From an uncultured virus (IMG/VR IMGVR_UViG_3300008050_007680) (taxonomy: Duplodnaviria; Heunggongvirae; Uroviricota; Caudoviricetes): a stretch of 64,000 nt of DNA. The number at the start of each line of letters is the position of its first letter. Position 1 is the first letter of the stretch. Below are positions 46,434-55,195 of the stretch, piece after piece. The stretch is from IMG/VR virus record IMGVR_UViG_3300008050_007680, positions 1-64,000 of that record. One strand, written 5' to 3'. Under the pieces are notes generated by a model that worked only from the letters and a program-made list of their open reading frames with translations, was not told the origin of the DNA and searched no databases. Made by a program: the position numbers and the translations under genes.

Positions 46434-47605
46434 AAAAAGTTATTCTAAGAGCACCAGTATTAAGCCAAAGTGGGTATGGCGTTCATTCTAGACAAATTGC
46501 TAGATGGCTTCTTGGTAGAGATGATGTAGAATTGTTTGTTGAACCTGTACAGTGGGGCGCGACACCATGGTATCTAGACAGTGACTTAAAAGATGGTCTC
46601 ATTGGTAAGTTGATGAAGAAAGCAAGCCCTGCAGAAAATGAGACGTATGATATGTCTGTGCAGGTACAACTTCCGAATGAGTGGAATTACAAGCTGGCGC
46701 GTGTTAATGTAGGCGTAACGGCTGCCGTCGAAACTGATGTTTGCAATCCAGCTTGGATAGACAGTGTTAATATGATGGATCACGTTATCGTACCATCAAG
46801 CTTTACGAAAGACGTTCTTGTAAAAACGTCGCAATCAACTGGCAAAGAAATCACAACACCCATACACGTAATTCCAGAGTCATTTATTGACAGCATTTTT
46901 GATGAAGACGCTAGCATTGACTTAGAACTAGATACAGATTTCAATTTTTTGTTGGTTGGTCAAACGACCGGTCAAAACGCTGATAACGATAGAAAAAGTA
47001 TATTTCATACGATCAAGTTGTTCTGCGAAGAATTTAAGGGAAACAAATCTGTCGGGCTTGTGTTAAAAACGAATAATGGGCGAGATACAAAAATTGATAG
47101 ACAGATTACGACGAACTTATTAAAAAGCGTACTACAGCAAGTAAGAACCGGTGAGTATCCTAAGGTACACTTGGTTCATGGGACATTAAATGATAAAGAG
47201 ATTGCAGGCCTGTACAGACACCCTAAAATGCATGCATTTTTGAGTATGACACGAGGGGAAGGTTTCGGTTTACCATTACTGGAGGCTGCAGCATCGGGTT
47301 TAACTGTCATCGCGACGAATTGGTCAGGCCACCTTGACTTTATGAATTTGGGTAAATTTATAAAGTTAGACTTCGAATTAAAAGAGATTCATCCATCAAG
47401 GGTAGATGGTAGGATTTTTGTAAATGGATCAAAATGGGCTGAAGTTAATCAGAAATCTGCTAAGCGCAAATTGAGAAAATTTAAAGAGAAGCCTGATGTA
47501 CCTTTTAAATGGGCAGAAGATTTGGCGGAAGATATCAAAGCCAAGTTCTCTTTCAGCGCTATCTCTAATTTATACGATGCATTTTTTGAAGAGAATATAC
47601 AATGA
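46430..47605 (+). CDS. glycosyltransferase family 4
   Basis: SGYGVHSR, DRK, TRGEGFGLPLLEAAASG, WSGHLDF. Confidence 0.92.
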   Translation: MKKVILRAPVLSQSGYGVHSRQIARWLLGRDDVELFVEPVQWGATPWYLDSDLKDGLIGKLMKKASPAENETYDMSVQVQLPNEWNYKLARVNVGVTAAVETDVCNPAWIDSVNMMDHVIVPSSFTKDVLVKTSQSTGKEITTPIHVIPESFIDSIFDEDASIDLELDTDFNFLLVGQTTGQNADNDRKSIFHTIKLFCEEFKGNKSVGLVLKTNNGRDTKIDRQITTNLLKSVLQQVRTGEYPKVHLVHGTLNDKEIAGLYRHPKMHAFLSMTRGEGFGLPLLEAAASGLTVIATNWSGHLDFMNLGKFIKLDFELKEIHPSRVDGRIFVNGSKWAEVNQKSAKRKLRKFKEKPDVPFKWAEDLAEDIKAKFSFSAISNLYDAFFEENIQ

Positions 47606-47925
47606 CTGGTTGGATTGCATTCGGCGTAATTCTGGTGCTATTCCTAATCTCAGTTAGGTATAACTTCGTTTTTGCAAAAAGAATTTTTAAGTTTAATGAT
47701 GCTACAGAAGATGCATTAAGAATTTTAGATGATGTGTATAACTCAGTTTATGATGTTCTTGAGATGCCTGTAGCCGCCGATAGCGAAGAGATTAGATTTG
47801 TTGTCAAGCGTGTAGATGATGCGCACAGTGCAATATTGCAGGTCTCGAACATCATGGCTCATGCTGCCAATGATACTGTATCTGATGATCAGGATACAGG
47901 CCAGAATTCACCCGCCGACGCCTGA
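47602..47925 (+). CDS. small membrane-anchored protein
   Basis: N-terminal transmembrane segment followed by a helical region. Confidence 0.65.
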   Translation: MTGWIAFGVILVLFLISVRYNFVFAKRIFKFNDATEDALRILDDVYNSVYDVLEMPVAADSEEIRFVVKRVDDAHSAILQVSNIMAHAANDTVSDDQDTGQNSPADA

Positions 47926-47996
47926 TTATCTAATATTCTTAATCAATATATCCACCACACCTTTATTTCGGTGAAACAAGATGTATTTTATGAATA

Positions 47997-48755
47997 ATGA
48001 CAACTATTAAAAGAAGAAGAAAAATTTCTCGTCGAAAGTCCGGTAAGAAGCCGAATATGTATTTTCACGAAGGTACGGCGGCCGCGATTGATGCATATCA
48101 GGCAACGGATGACTTGAAAGAGCGACAAAAGCTATATAACACAGAAATATTACCTGCATTTAGTAAACTAGTAGAAAACTTGATTTTTATTCATGGGTTT
48201 AGAGGGCTTCATGATACATACGAAGATTTAAAGAATGATTGCGTATCATTTCTATACGAGGCTATCTGTAAATTTGACGCTAGTAGAGGCTCCAAGCCCT
48301 TTTCATACTTTAACGTGGTAGCGAAAAACTGGTTAATTATTAGATCAAAACAGCGGATGAAGAGTATAAAGAGGAATATAAGCATCGACGATCGCGATCA
48401 TGTTGGCCGAAGAGACTCAGAAACAATTGAAAACTTTCAAGTTATTCCAGCACAGGATGAGCAAATGCTCGAGTGGGAATTTTTAAAAAATATCAACTGT
48501 ATGCTTAAAGAAATATCTAATCGTATTACAAACGAGAATGAAATTAAGTGTATGAATGCAATTGTGCATATTTTTGATGTTGTAAGTGATCATAACGGAA
48601 CCCCCGGCAGTGATATAATGTTAAATAAACGAGCAGTCTTTAGATACATAAGGGATATATCAGGACTAACGCCTAAACAGCTTACTACCGTCATAGCGTC
48701 TTTAAAAAAACACTATCGTGAATTAAAACATAATCCAGAATTTGGCATATTTTGA
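47997..48755 (+). CDS. phage sigma factor, T4 gp55-like (late transcription)
   Basis: MYF, KLVENLI, DLKND.V..L...KFD..RGSKPFSYF..VAKN region-2-like core; precedes the structural module. Confidence 0.7.
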   Translation: MTTIKRRRKISRRKSGKKPNMYFHEGTAAAIDAYQATDDLKERQKLYNTEILPAFSKLVENLIFIHGFRGLHDTYEDLKNDCVSFLYEAICKFDASRGSKPFSYFNVVAKNWLIIRSKQRMKSIKRNISIDDRDHVGRRDSETIENFQVIPAQDEQMLEWEFLKNINCMLKEISNRITNENEIKCMNAIVHIFDVVSDHNGTPGSDIMLNKRAVFRYIRDISGLTPKQLTTVIASLKKHYRELKHNPEFGIF

Positions 48756-48775
48756 ATAACGGAGTAATTATCTAA

Positions 48776-49165
48776 ATGGACAATGAAAAAGATATATCAA
48801 AGGGTGTCGTCGCAACTTTAGACAGCGCCCAGTCTGATGTTGAAGAATTTAATGATTTAATTTCAAAAATTAGTTACGTCAGGCCTGAAGTTAGAAAATT
48901 GTGGCAAGAAACTTATCGCAACGCCGTTGAAGATAGAGTAAACGCTTCTTTATTATTTCTCGATCTATATAAATTTGTTGCTAATAGTAGGGAGGGCCAC
49001 TTAAATTATGGTGATAAGATTACAAGATATCTAGAAAAGATGTCGAAAGCAAATGAGCAATTGTTAAAAATATCTGAGATGGCTAACGCTGCTAAGCCCG
49101 AAGACGAAGAAATAGACGCAGACGATCTATACGAGACGATTGCAAACGAAAATGACATAACATAA
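48776..49165 (+). CDS. hypothetical protein
   Basis: Helical ORF with NA.EDR and YLEKMSKANEQL. Confidence 0.7.
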   Translation: MDNEKDISKGVVATLDSAQSDVEEFNDLISKISYVRPEVRKLWQETYRNAVEDRVNASLLFLDLYKFVANSREGHLNYGDKITRYLEKMSKANEQLLKISEMANAAKPEDEEIDADDLYETIANENDIT

Positions 49166-49166
49166 T

Positions 49167-50813
49167 ATGACTGGTATACTTACAAAGAAAGGGCTTCGAG
49201 CAGATAGAAAGCTATTCGCAGGAAGCTCGAATCGTGATTCTGAATTGAATGATTTGATCTCGACGTCACCTACACCTTTCATGAAGCGAGCAGTCGTCGT
49301 CGACGTAATCTTTGATCCGCAAGCGCAACGTAAAGAGTTAGCAGATATTTTTACCGATCGCGAACTCTTAACACCTGAGCTCTTAGACAGTATACCCAAT
49401 GATAGTATCATAGCTCGTGTAGTTTCACTCGGTGAAGATAGACGAGACCAAACACCTGCAATATTTTACCCATTTCATTCGCATGTTAGGGTCCCTATAA
49501 AGCCAGGTGAACACGTCTGGGTCTTTTTTGAAAACCCAGCTTCTTCATTGGACCAGGGTTTTTGGATAACAAGAATTAGAGAACCCAGCGACATAGATGA
49601 TCCAAATTTTACACATGCAGATAGAAAGTTTATTAGCGATAGAACACCAACAACACTAGATAGACTGAATGAAATTCAGGCTTTTGATAATCTAGCTCAA
49701 GATGTGAAGGAGAGGATAAAGAGAACATCAGGTACAGGGCCACAATTCCCCAATGGCGGAAGTACGGAGGAGTCTTTTACACTTGCCGACGTCGACGCTT
49801 ACGAAAGAATAAATGACGAAGCTATCGCCTCTCGTGTATTTACGCCTGAAGTCGTCCCCAGATATAATAAGAGACCAGGTGACATTGCTTTTGAGGGTTC
49901 TAATAATTCTCTTCTTGTTCTCGGTGAAGATAGAACTGGAACATCTGCTGACATAAACCAGGGTAATATCATAGGAAAACCCACAGGAGACAAGTCCAGC
50001 TCTGCTGGAATGTTTGATTTAGTTGTAGGCCGCGGCCTCAATGAGGATGGCGTATTTCCGCAACCAGGAGCTCAACCAGCGGGTACATCTCCGAATGTCA
50101 TCCAGAATGCTAGAGGGTTATTAGAAAATAATAAAACTCGTTCGGCTCAACATAACTTGAATGAAGGTAATCCAAGTTTTGAGAATGATGCTGCTCGAAT
50201 CTATGGTAGCATGGATACTGATGTAGATTTAAATTTCGGAAAACCATTACCTAATCTTGAGGCAGGAAATAAACCAGTTGTAGTAAACACCGGTCCTGCT
50301 ATTATAGTCAAAACGCTACATAATAGAATTATCGCTAAAAAAGACGGTACAATAAGAATTGTAAAAGAGGGTGATGAAGACAATGAGCAAGGCACTGGAA
50401 GGGCTGTCATTCTTATAGAGCCTGATGGTTCTATTATGATAGATGGTCCAAAAATAGTTTTGGGTTCTGGGATAGAGAAAGCAAATGGCAAGGGAGCGCA
50501 AGTCATTATCGGTAGAGATGCAACGGAACCATTGGTTATGGGTGACGAACTTAAAACTCTGATAGACGCCCACGGAGCGAATATCAACAGCAACATTGCT
50601 GCATTTGCCGATGCGATAACTTCTGGACTTACACCCTTCACAGCGCCTCCTGGCAATTTTGGCAACCTCGGGGCACCAGTCCCAGGCTTAACTGGGGGCT
50701 TGAGTGCAATTATAAGCGCTGCATCTACATTAAAGGCTCAAATAAAGGTTTCAACTGATACACTGCAGAATAACACAATAAAATTTTTATCGAAAGTTGG
50801 GAAAACAAAATGA
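49167..50813 (+). CDS. baseplate hub/spike protein (gp5/Vgr-like)
   Basis: P..GEHVWV OB-fold motif, PGD...EG.N...L.LG, beta-strand repeats, EPLVMGD.L; lies upstream of gp25. Confidence 0.65.
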   Translation: MTGILTKKGLRADRKLFAGSSNRDSELNDLISTSPTPFMKRAVVVDVIFDPQAQRKELADIFTDRELLTPELLDSIPNDSIIARVVSLGEDRRDQTPAIFYPFHSHVRVPIKPGEHVWVFFENPASSLDQGFWITRIREPSDIDDPNFTHADRKFISDRTPTTLDRLNEIQAFDNLAQDVKERIKRTSGTGPQFPNGGSTEESFTLADVDAYERINDEAIASRVFTPEVVPRYNKRPGDIAFEGSNNSLLVLGEDRTGTSADINQGNIIGKPTGDKSSSAGMFDLVVGRGLNEDGVFPQPGAQPAGTSPNVIQNARGLLENNKTRSAQHNLNEGNPSFENDAARIYGSMDTDVDLNFGKPLPNLEAGNKPVVVNTGPAIIVKTLHNRIIAKKDGTIRIVKEGDEDNEQGTGRAVILIEPDGSIMIDGPKIVLGSGIEKANGKGAQVIIGRDATEPLVMGDELKTLIDAHGANINSNIAAFADAITSGLTPFTAPPGNFGNLGAPVPGLTGGLSAIISAASTLKAQIKVSTDTLQNNTIKFLSKVGKTK

Positions 50814-51253
50814 CGATAGCTGATTTTTTTGTGTCCAATTCTGTTAGTGGCATTTCACCAGAGCTTATTGACGCTTTTGATACCTTGGGTCAAGCGCTGA
50901 TGCGAGTAGCTATAAGCTTAGCTCCCAACCCAGCGTTACCGCTTGTTTTAACGCCGCTTGCTGTTAAAATAGCTGCACCACACCCGCCACCACCACCAGG
51001 TGCAGCATTTATTAACCTTATTGCTGCCGACATCACAAAATTTATATTGATACCACTGACGCTAGGGTCTGTTAACATCAAGACTCCTGCAGCAGTGGGC
51101 CTACCAGCTTTACCGATATCACCAGCGACTGCTACTGCAGCTCTTGCTATGCTACCCCCTAACCCATCTTTCATGAAAGCTGTTTTACAATGGGCGGTGT
51201 CATTAGTTCCCGTGGGTGATCTTCGTGTGCCAGGCGGCTTCATAATAATTTGA
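50810..51253 (+). CDS. Pro/Ala-rich hypothetical protein, probably structural
   Basis: ATGA overlap with the spike gene. Confidence 0.55.
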   Translation: MTIADFFVSNSVSGISPELIDAFDTLGQALMRVAISLAPNPALPLVLTPLAVKIAAPHPPPPPGAAFINLIAADITKFILIPLTLGSVNIKTPAAVGLPALPISPATATAALAMLPPNPSFMKAVLQWAVSLVPVGDLRVPGGFIII

Positions 51254-51284
51254 CAACCTTTAGCTGTACGCAATAATTAATGGA

Positions 51285-51752
51285 ATGGTGATTAGAGATT
51301 TTAAGAGCGTTGGCGAAAAAAGTTCGGCAAATAAGTTCAAGGCTAAGCAAAATGAAATCCCTATAGGCATCAAGACGCCTCTTAGATATGGATCTGCGAA
51401 CGATGGAATATTCAGCATGCACTTTGACGTTGCTTCACAGATACAAGATAATTTAAGAAATTTGTTGCTAACAAACCACGGAGAGCGATTAGGACAATAT
51501 AACTTCGGTGCAAATTTAAGAGAGCTTTCTTTAGAGCTTAGTCAAGAAGCATTTGATTTTGAGGCTATAACAAGGGTGAGAACTGCAATAAGCAAGTTCA
51601 TGCCTGTTATTGAACCCAGAACATTCGAGTCAAATTTATTCATAGGAATGGAAAATAGTACAGATAGAGTTGATATCAAAATTACTTATGACGTTCCTAG
51701 ACTAGAGATTACAGGGAAAGTAATGCAAGTTACAATTTTTGCCGGAGGATGA
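51285..51752 (+). CDS. baseplate wedge protein gp25-like
   Basis: QIQDNLRNLLLTNHGERL...FGANL. Confidence 0.88.
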   Translation: MVIRDFKSVGEKSSANKFKAKQNEIPIGIKTPLRYGSANDGIFSMHFDVASQIQDNLRNLLLTNHGERLGQYNFGANLRELSLELSQEAFDFEAITRVRTAISKFMPVIEPRTFESNLFIGMENSTDRVDIKITYDVPRLEITGKVMQVTIFAGG

Positions 51753-51756
51753 ATAA

Positions 51757-53631
51757 ATGGTTATAAATAGCAAAAAAGAGATAAAAAAAGTCAATAACAG
51801 ATCATTCCTGAATAAGGACTTTGATTCTTTGAGATCAGAACTGCTGCAGTATGCGCGGACATTTTTTCCTGACAAGATTAGGGATTTTTCTGAGGCATCT
51901 GTCGGGGGCTTGTTCCTCGATTTCGCTGCTCACGTAGGTGATACAACTTCATTTTACTTAGACCATCAATTCAATGAATTAGATCCCACGATCGCTGTCG
52001 AGTCAAAGAATATCCAGCGCCACCTTAAAAATGCTGGTGTCCCCATTACTGGTGCATCGCCCGCCGCTGTCGCAGAAGAATGGGTTATAGAGGTTCCCGC
52101 GGAGCGCACTGGGGCGATTTACCGACCCATGGAATCAGCATTACCAGTTATCTATGCAGGTAGCATTGTTGAATCAGACTCTGGAATTAGCTTCGAGTTA
52201 ACAGAAGATCTTGATTTTTCTAGTAGAGGCGCCGATGGTAATCTTAAATGCAAAGTCATCGTTGGAACATCTAGTGCAGATGGTAGCCCATTAACGTACT
52301 TATTAAAGCTCGGCGGCCCAGGAAACTCACCCAGAGCATCTGATGGGGTTTGTCTGTCAGGTTTACGAACGACAGAAACATTTACTATACAAAATACATT
52401 TCAACCTTTTCGTGAAATATCACTAGCGAACGAAGATGCATCAGAGATTATTTCGGTTACTGACTCTGAGGGTAATATATACTACGAAGTAGAGTCACTG
52501 ACGCAAGATACTATATTCAGGGGTATACGAAATATTTCGACAGACAATGAGCTTGTTAATGAGAATTTAGAAGTAATACCAGCACCTTACAGGTTTACAA
52601 GTACAACCGACTTTGACACAAAGCTCACGACTATACGATTTGGCGCTGGAAATGCAGCTACATTGAATGATGATATTATTCCAGACCCAAGTGAATTAGC
52701 ACTACCCTTATACGGCAAAAAAACATTTTCTAGATTTTCGCTTGATCCAGGCCAGCTACTATCTACTCAAACATTAGGTGTATCCCCGATCAATACAACA
52801 ATTAGTGTTGTGTATAGATTTGGTGGCGGCCTATCACATAATGTTATCGCTAATACTATAAAGACAGTTTCCACACTTCGCATGGGATTTCCCGGTATTC
52901 CTGCTGCAGCGCTATCACAACAGATTCGTGCGTCTGTTTCCGTCAATAATCCGCACAGCGCCGCTGGTGGCGAAGAATCATTAACATTAGATGAATTGCG
53001 TTCAAGAATACCTGCTGCAAAGAATGCACAGTCAAGAATAGTCACGAAATCCGATTTACTCGCAAGAGTTTACACGATGCCATCTAATTTTGGTAGAGTT
53101 TTTCGTGCAGGTATTAGAACAAGCCCTAGTAATCCTCTTGCCGCGCAGCTATTTATAATATCAAGAGATATTGAACAAAGGCTCGTCATTTCTCCAGACT
53201 CACTAAAGAAAAACCTTCGTGTATTTCTCAATGAGTTTAGGATGATTAGCGATGCGATTGATATTCTTGATGCACAAGTTTTGAATATAGGCGTCGAGTT
53301 TAAAGTCGTTACTGAGCAACAAGCAATAAAGAATATAATCATTCAAGACATAATAACTCGATTACAAAGCTTTTTTGATATTAAAAACTTCCAGATAGAT
53401 CAACCTATCCCGATCGATGACGTTAGAAATATAATTTTCAATAGTCCAGGTGTCGTATCAGTGTTAGAAACAAGATTTAGAAACCTAAGTGGTAAACAAA
53501 ACGAAAGAGAGTACAGCGGCACAGCATTCGACGTTAATTCTAATATAAGAAAGAATTTAATTATAGGGCCGCCTGGATCAATTTTCGAAATGAAATATCC
53601 CAAATTTGACATAGTCGGCAGCGCAGTTTAA
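51757..53631 (+). CDS. baseplate wedge protein gp6/baseplate J-like
   Basis: NKDFDSLRSEL..YA...FP...DFSEAS.G, IRFG.G, YRFGGG...N, AAGG, QSRIVT..D. Confidence 0.88.
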   Translation: MVINSKKEIKKVNNRSFLNKDFDSLRSELLQYARTFFPDKIRDFSEASVGGLFLDFAAHVGDTTSFYLDHQFNELDPTIAVESKNIQRHLKNAGVPITGASPAAVAEEWVIEVPAERTGAIYRPMESALPVIYAGSIVESDSGISFELTEDLDFSSRGADGNLKCKVIVGTSSADGSPLTYLLKLGGPGNSPRASDGVCLSGLRTTETFTIQNTFQPFREISLANEDASEIISVTDSEGNIYYEVESLTQDTIFRGIRNISTDNELVNENLEVIPAPYRFTSTTDFDTKLTTIRFGAGNAATLNDDIIPDPSELALPLYGKKTFSRFSLDPGQLLSTQTLGVSPINTTISVVYRFGGGLSHNVIANTIKTVSTLRMGFPGIPAAALSQQIRASVSVNNPHSAAGGEESLTLDELRSRIPAAKNAQSRIVTKSDLLARVYTMPSNFGRVFRAGIRTSPSNPLAAQLFIISRDIEQRLVISPDSLKKNLRVFLNEFRMISDAIDILDAQVLNIGVEFKVVTEQQAIKNIIIQDIITRLQSFFDIKNFQIDQPIPIDDVRNIIFNSPGVVSVLETRFRNLSGKQNEREYSGTAFDVNSNIRKNLIIGPPGSIFEMKYPKFDIVGSAV

Positions 53632-53641
53632 CGGAGACGTC

Positions 53642-55195
53642 ATGAAAAGACTATTATCAGCTAGTAAAGATACTTACATAACAAACAGAATAATACGTAA
53701 TGCTTTTCGTGCGACAGACACAAATGTCGGTCAAGCAGGAACGTTGGATTTATTTAAGCTTGCGGGTGAATCTTCATACACTACTGATGGTCCACTGATC
53801 TCAGGAACGACAGACCCAATTGAGCTAACAAGACTCTTACTAAAATTTGATTTAAGCCCGTTATATGCATTAACATCTAGCATACTTGATATCTCTGATC
53901 AGTCATTTAAATGTACACTAAAGATGTTTGACGTAATCGGCGGGCAAACAATACCTTCAAACTTTACTGCGATATTATATCCGCTATCAAAATCATTTGA
54001 TGAGGGACTGGGGCGTGATGTTATTTCATATGAAGATATAGATTCATGTAACTTCATTACAGCATCAACAGCAGGCGGATCAACGTCAATTTGGGCACAG
54101 TCTGGTGCCAATGCAATGGGATATGCAGGTCAGCAAAATGTTGACGTAATTACTGGCTCTACGTCTCTTGGTAACATGTTTGCAACACAATATTTCGCTG
54201 AGGGCTCTGAAGATCTTAGCATGGATATTACGTCTATCATCTCGGCGACGATGACAAACCAACTTCCAGACCATGGTTTCCGTATATCATTCTCAGGAAG
54301 TCAGGAAACAGATTCAAAGACCCGGTTTGTAAAAAGATTCATATCAAGACATAGTACTAATACAAGGCAGACACCCAGGGTCATCATCGGCTGGGACGAC
54401 TCGGTGCATGATAACCACGAAAATTTTGAGTTTGATGTTAGCGGATCACTGTTTTTAAATAATTTTGCTCGGGGCCAACCATCGAATATAGTGTCAGGCA
54501 CCGCAGCCACACAAATATCAGGTCTAAATTCTCTGTTGTTGACCGTCACGTCGGGGACGAACTCTGGTTCTCTTGCAAATTCGTATTTTTCGTTGACAAC
54601 AACGGCATCACAACATCAGGTTGGTACGAATTTTATCCCAGGAGTCTATTCTGCATCATTATCAATCTCTTCATTTGAACCAGCACTTAGGGATGAAATA
54701 ATAAATGCACAGTCAGCAACATTCACTGAAATTTGGGGTTCACTCGATGGTACGATAGGTTATCATACTGGTACGCTCGTAGTAAAGACTATACCCAAAT
54801 CATCATTCTCTAATGTCCCTGAGCGTTTAAAGCTTAACGTCACAAATATGAGAGAATTTTTTAAAGTAACTGAGAAAGTTAGGTTTAGGGTATTTGCACA
54901 AGATGAGGGCACGTTTTCATTACGCTACACTAGAGTACCTATAGAAGCAAAAAGTGTAATTTTTGATAAAGCTTATTACAGAGTCAGAGATACGAACAGC
55001 AACGAAACTATTTTTGAATTTGATGAAACGACAAATTCAACAAAACTATCGACAGACTCATCAGGAATGTACTTCGATTTATTTATGAATGATTTAGATG
55101 TTGGAAGAGTTTATCAGATAGATATGTTAATAAATAACGGCGGCGTCAAGCAGATTTTTGAACGTGTTGGTGGCGTTTTTAGAGTAGATCCATAA
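53642..55195 (+). CDS. baseplate-associated structural protein
   Basis: ASKDTYI, N.G, RLLLKFD, S.F.EG.G pattern; S/T-G-S rich. Confidence 0.7.
   Translation: MKRLLSASKDTYITNRIIRNAFRATDTNVGQAGTLDLFKLAGESSYTTDGPLISGTTDPIELTRLLLKFDLSPLYALTSSILDISDQSFKCTLKMFDVIGGQTIPSNFTAILYPLSKSFDEGLGRDVISYEDIDSCNFITASTAGGSTSIWAQSGANAMGYAGQQNVDVITGSTSLGNMFATQYFAEGSEDLSMDITSIISATMTNQLPDHGFRISFSGSQETDSKTRFVKRFISRHSTNTRQTPRVIIGWDDSVHDNHENFEFDVSGSLFLNNFARGQPSNIVSGTAATQISGLNSLLLTVTSGTNSGSLANSYFSLTTTASQHQVGTNFIPGVYSASLSISSFEPALRDEIINAQSATFTEIWGSLDGTIGYHTGTLVVKTIPKSSFSNVPERLKLNVTNMREFFKVTEKVRFRVFAQDEGTFSLRYTRVPIEAKSVIFDKAYYRVRDTNSNETIFEFDETTNSTKLSTDSSGMYFDLFMNDLDVGRVYQIDMLINNGGVKQIFERVGGVFRVDP

Noticed and set aside
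49167..50813. Lysozyme domain in the gp5-like protein
   Set aside because: No recognisable lysozyme or peptidase motif seen
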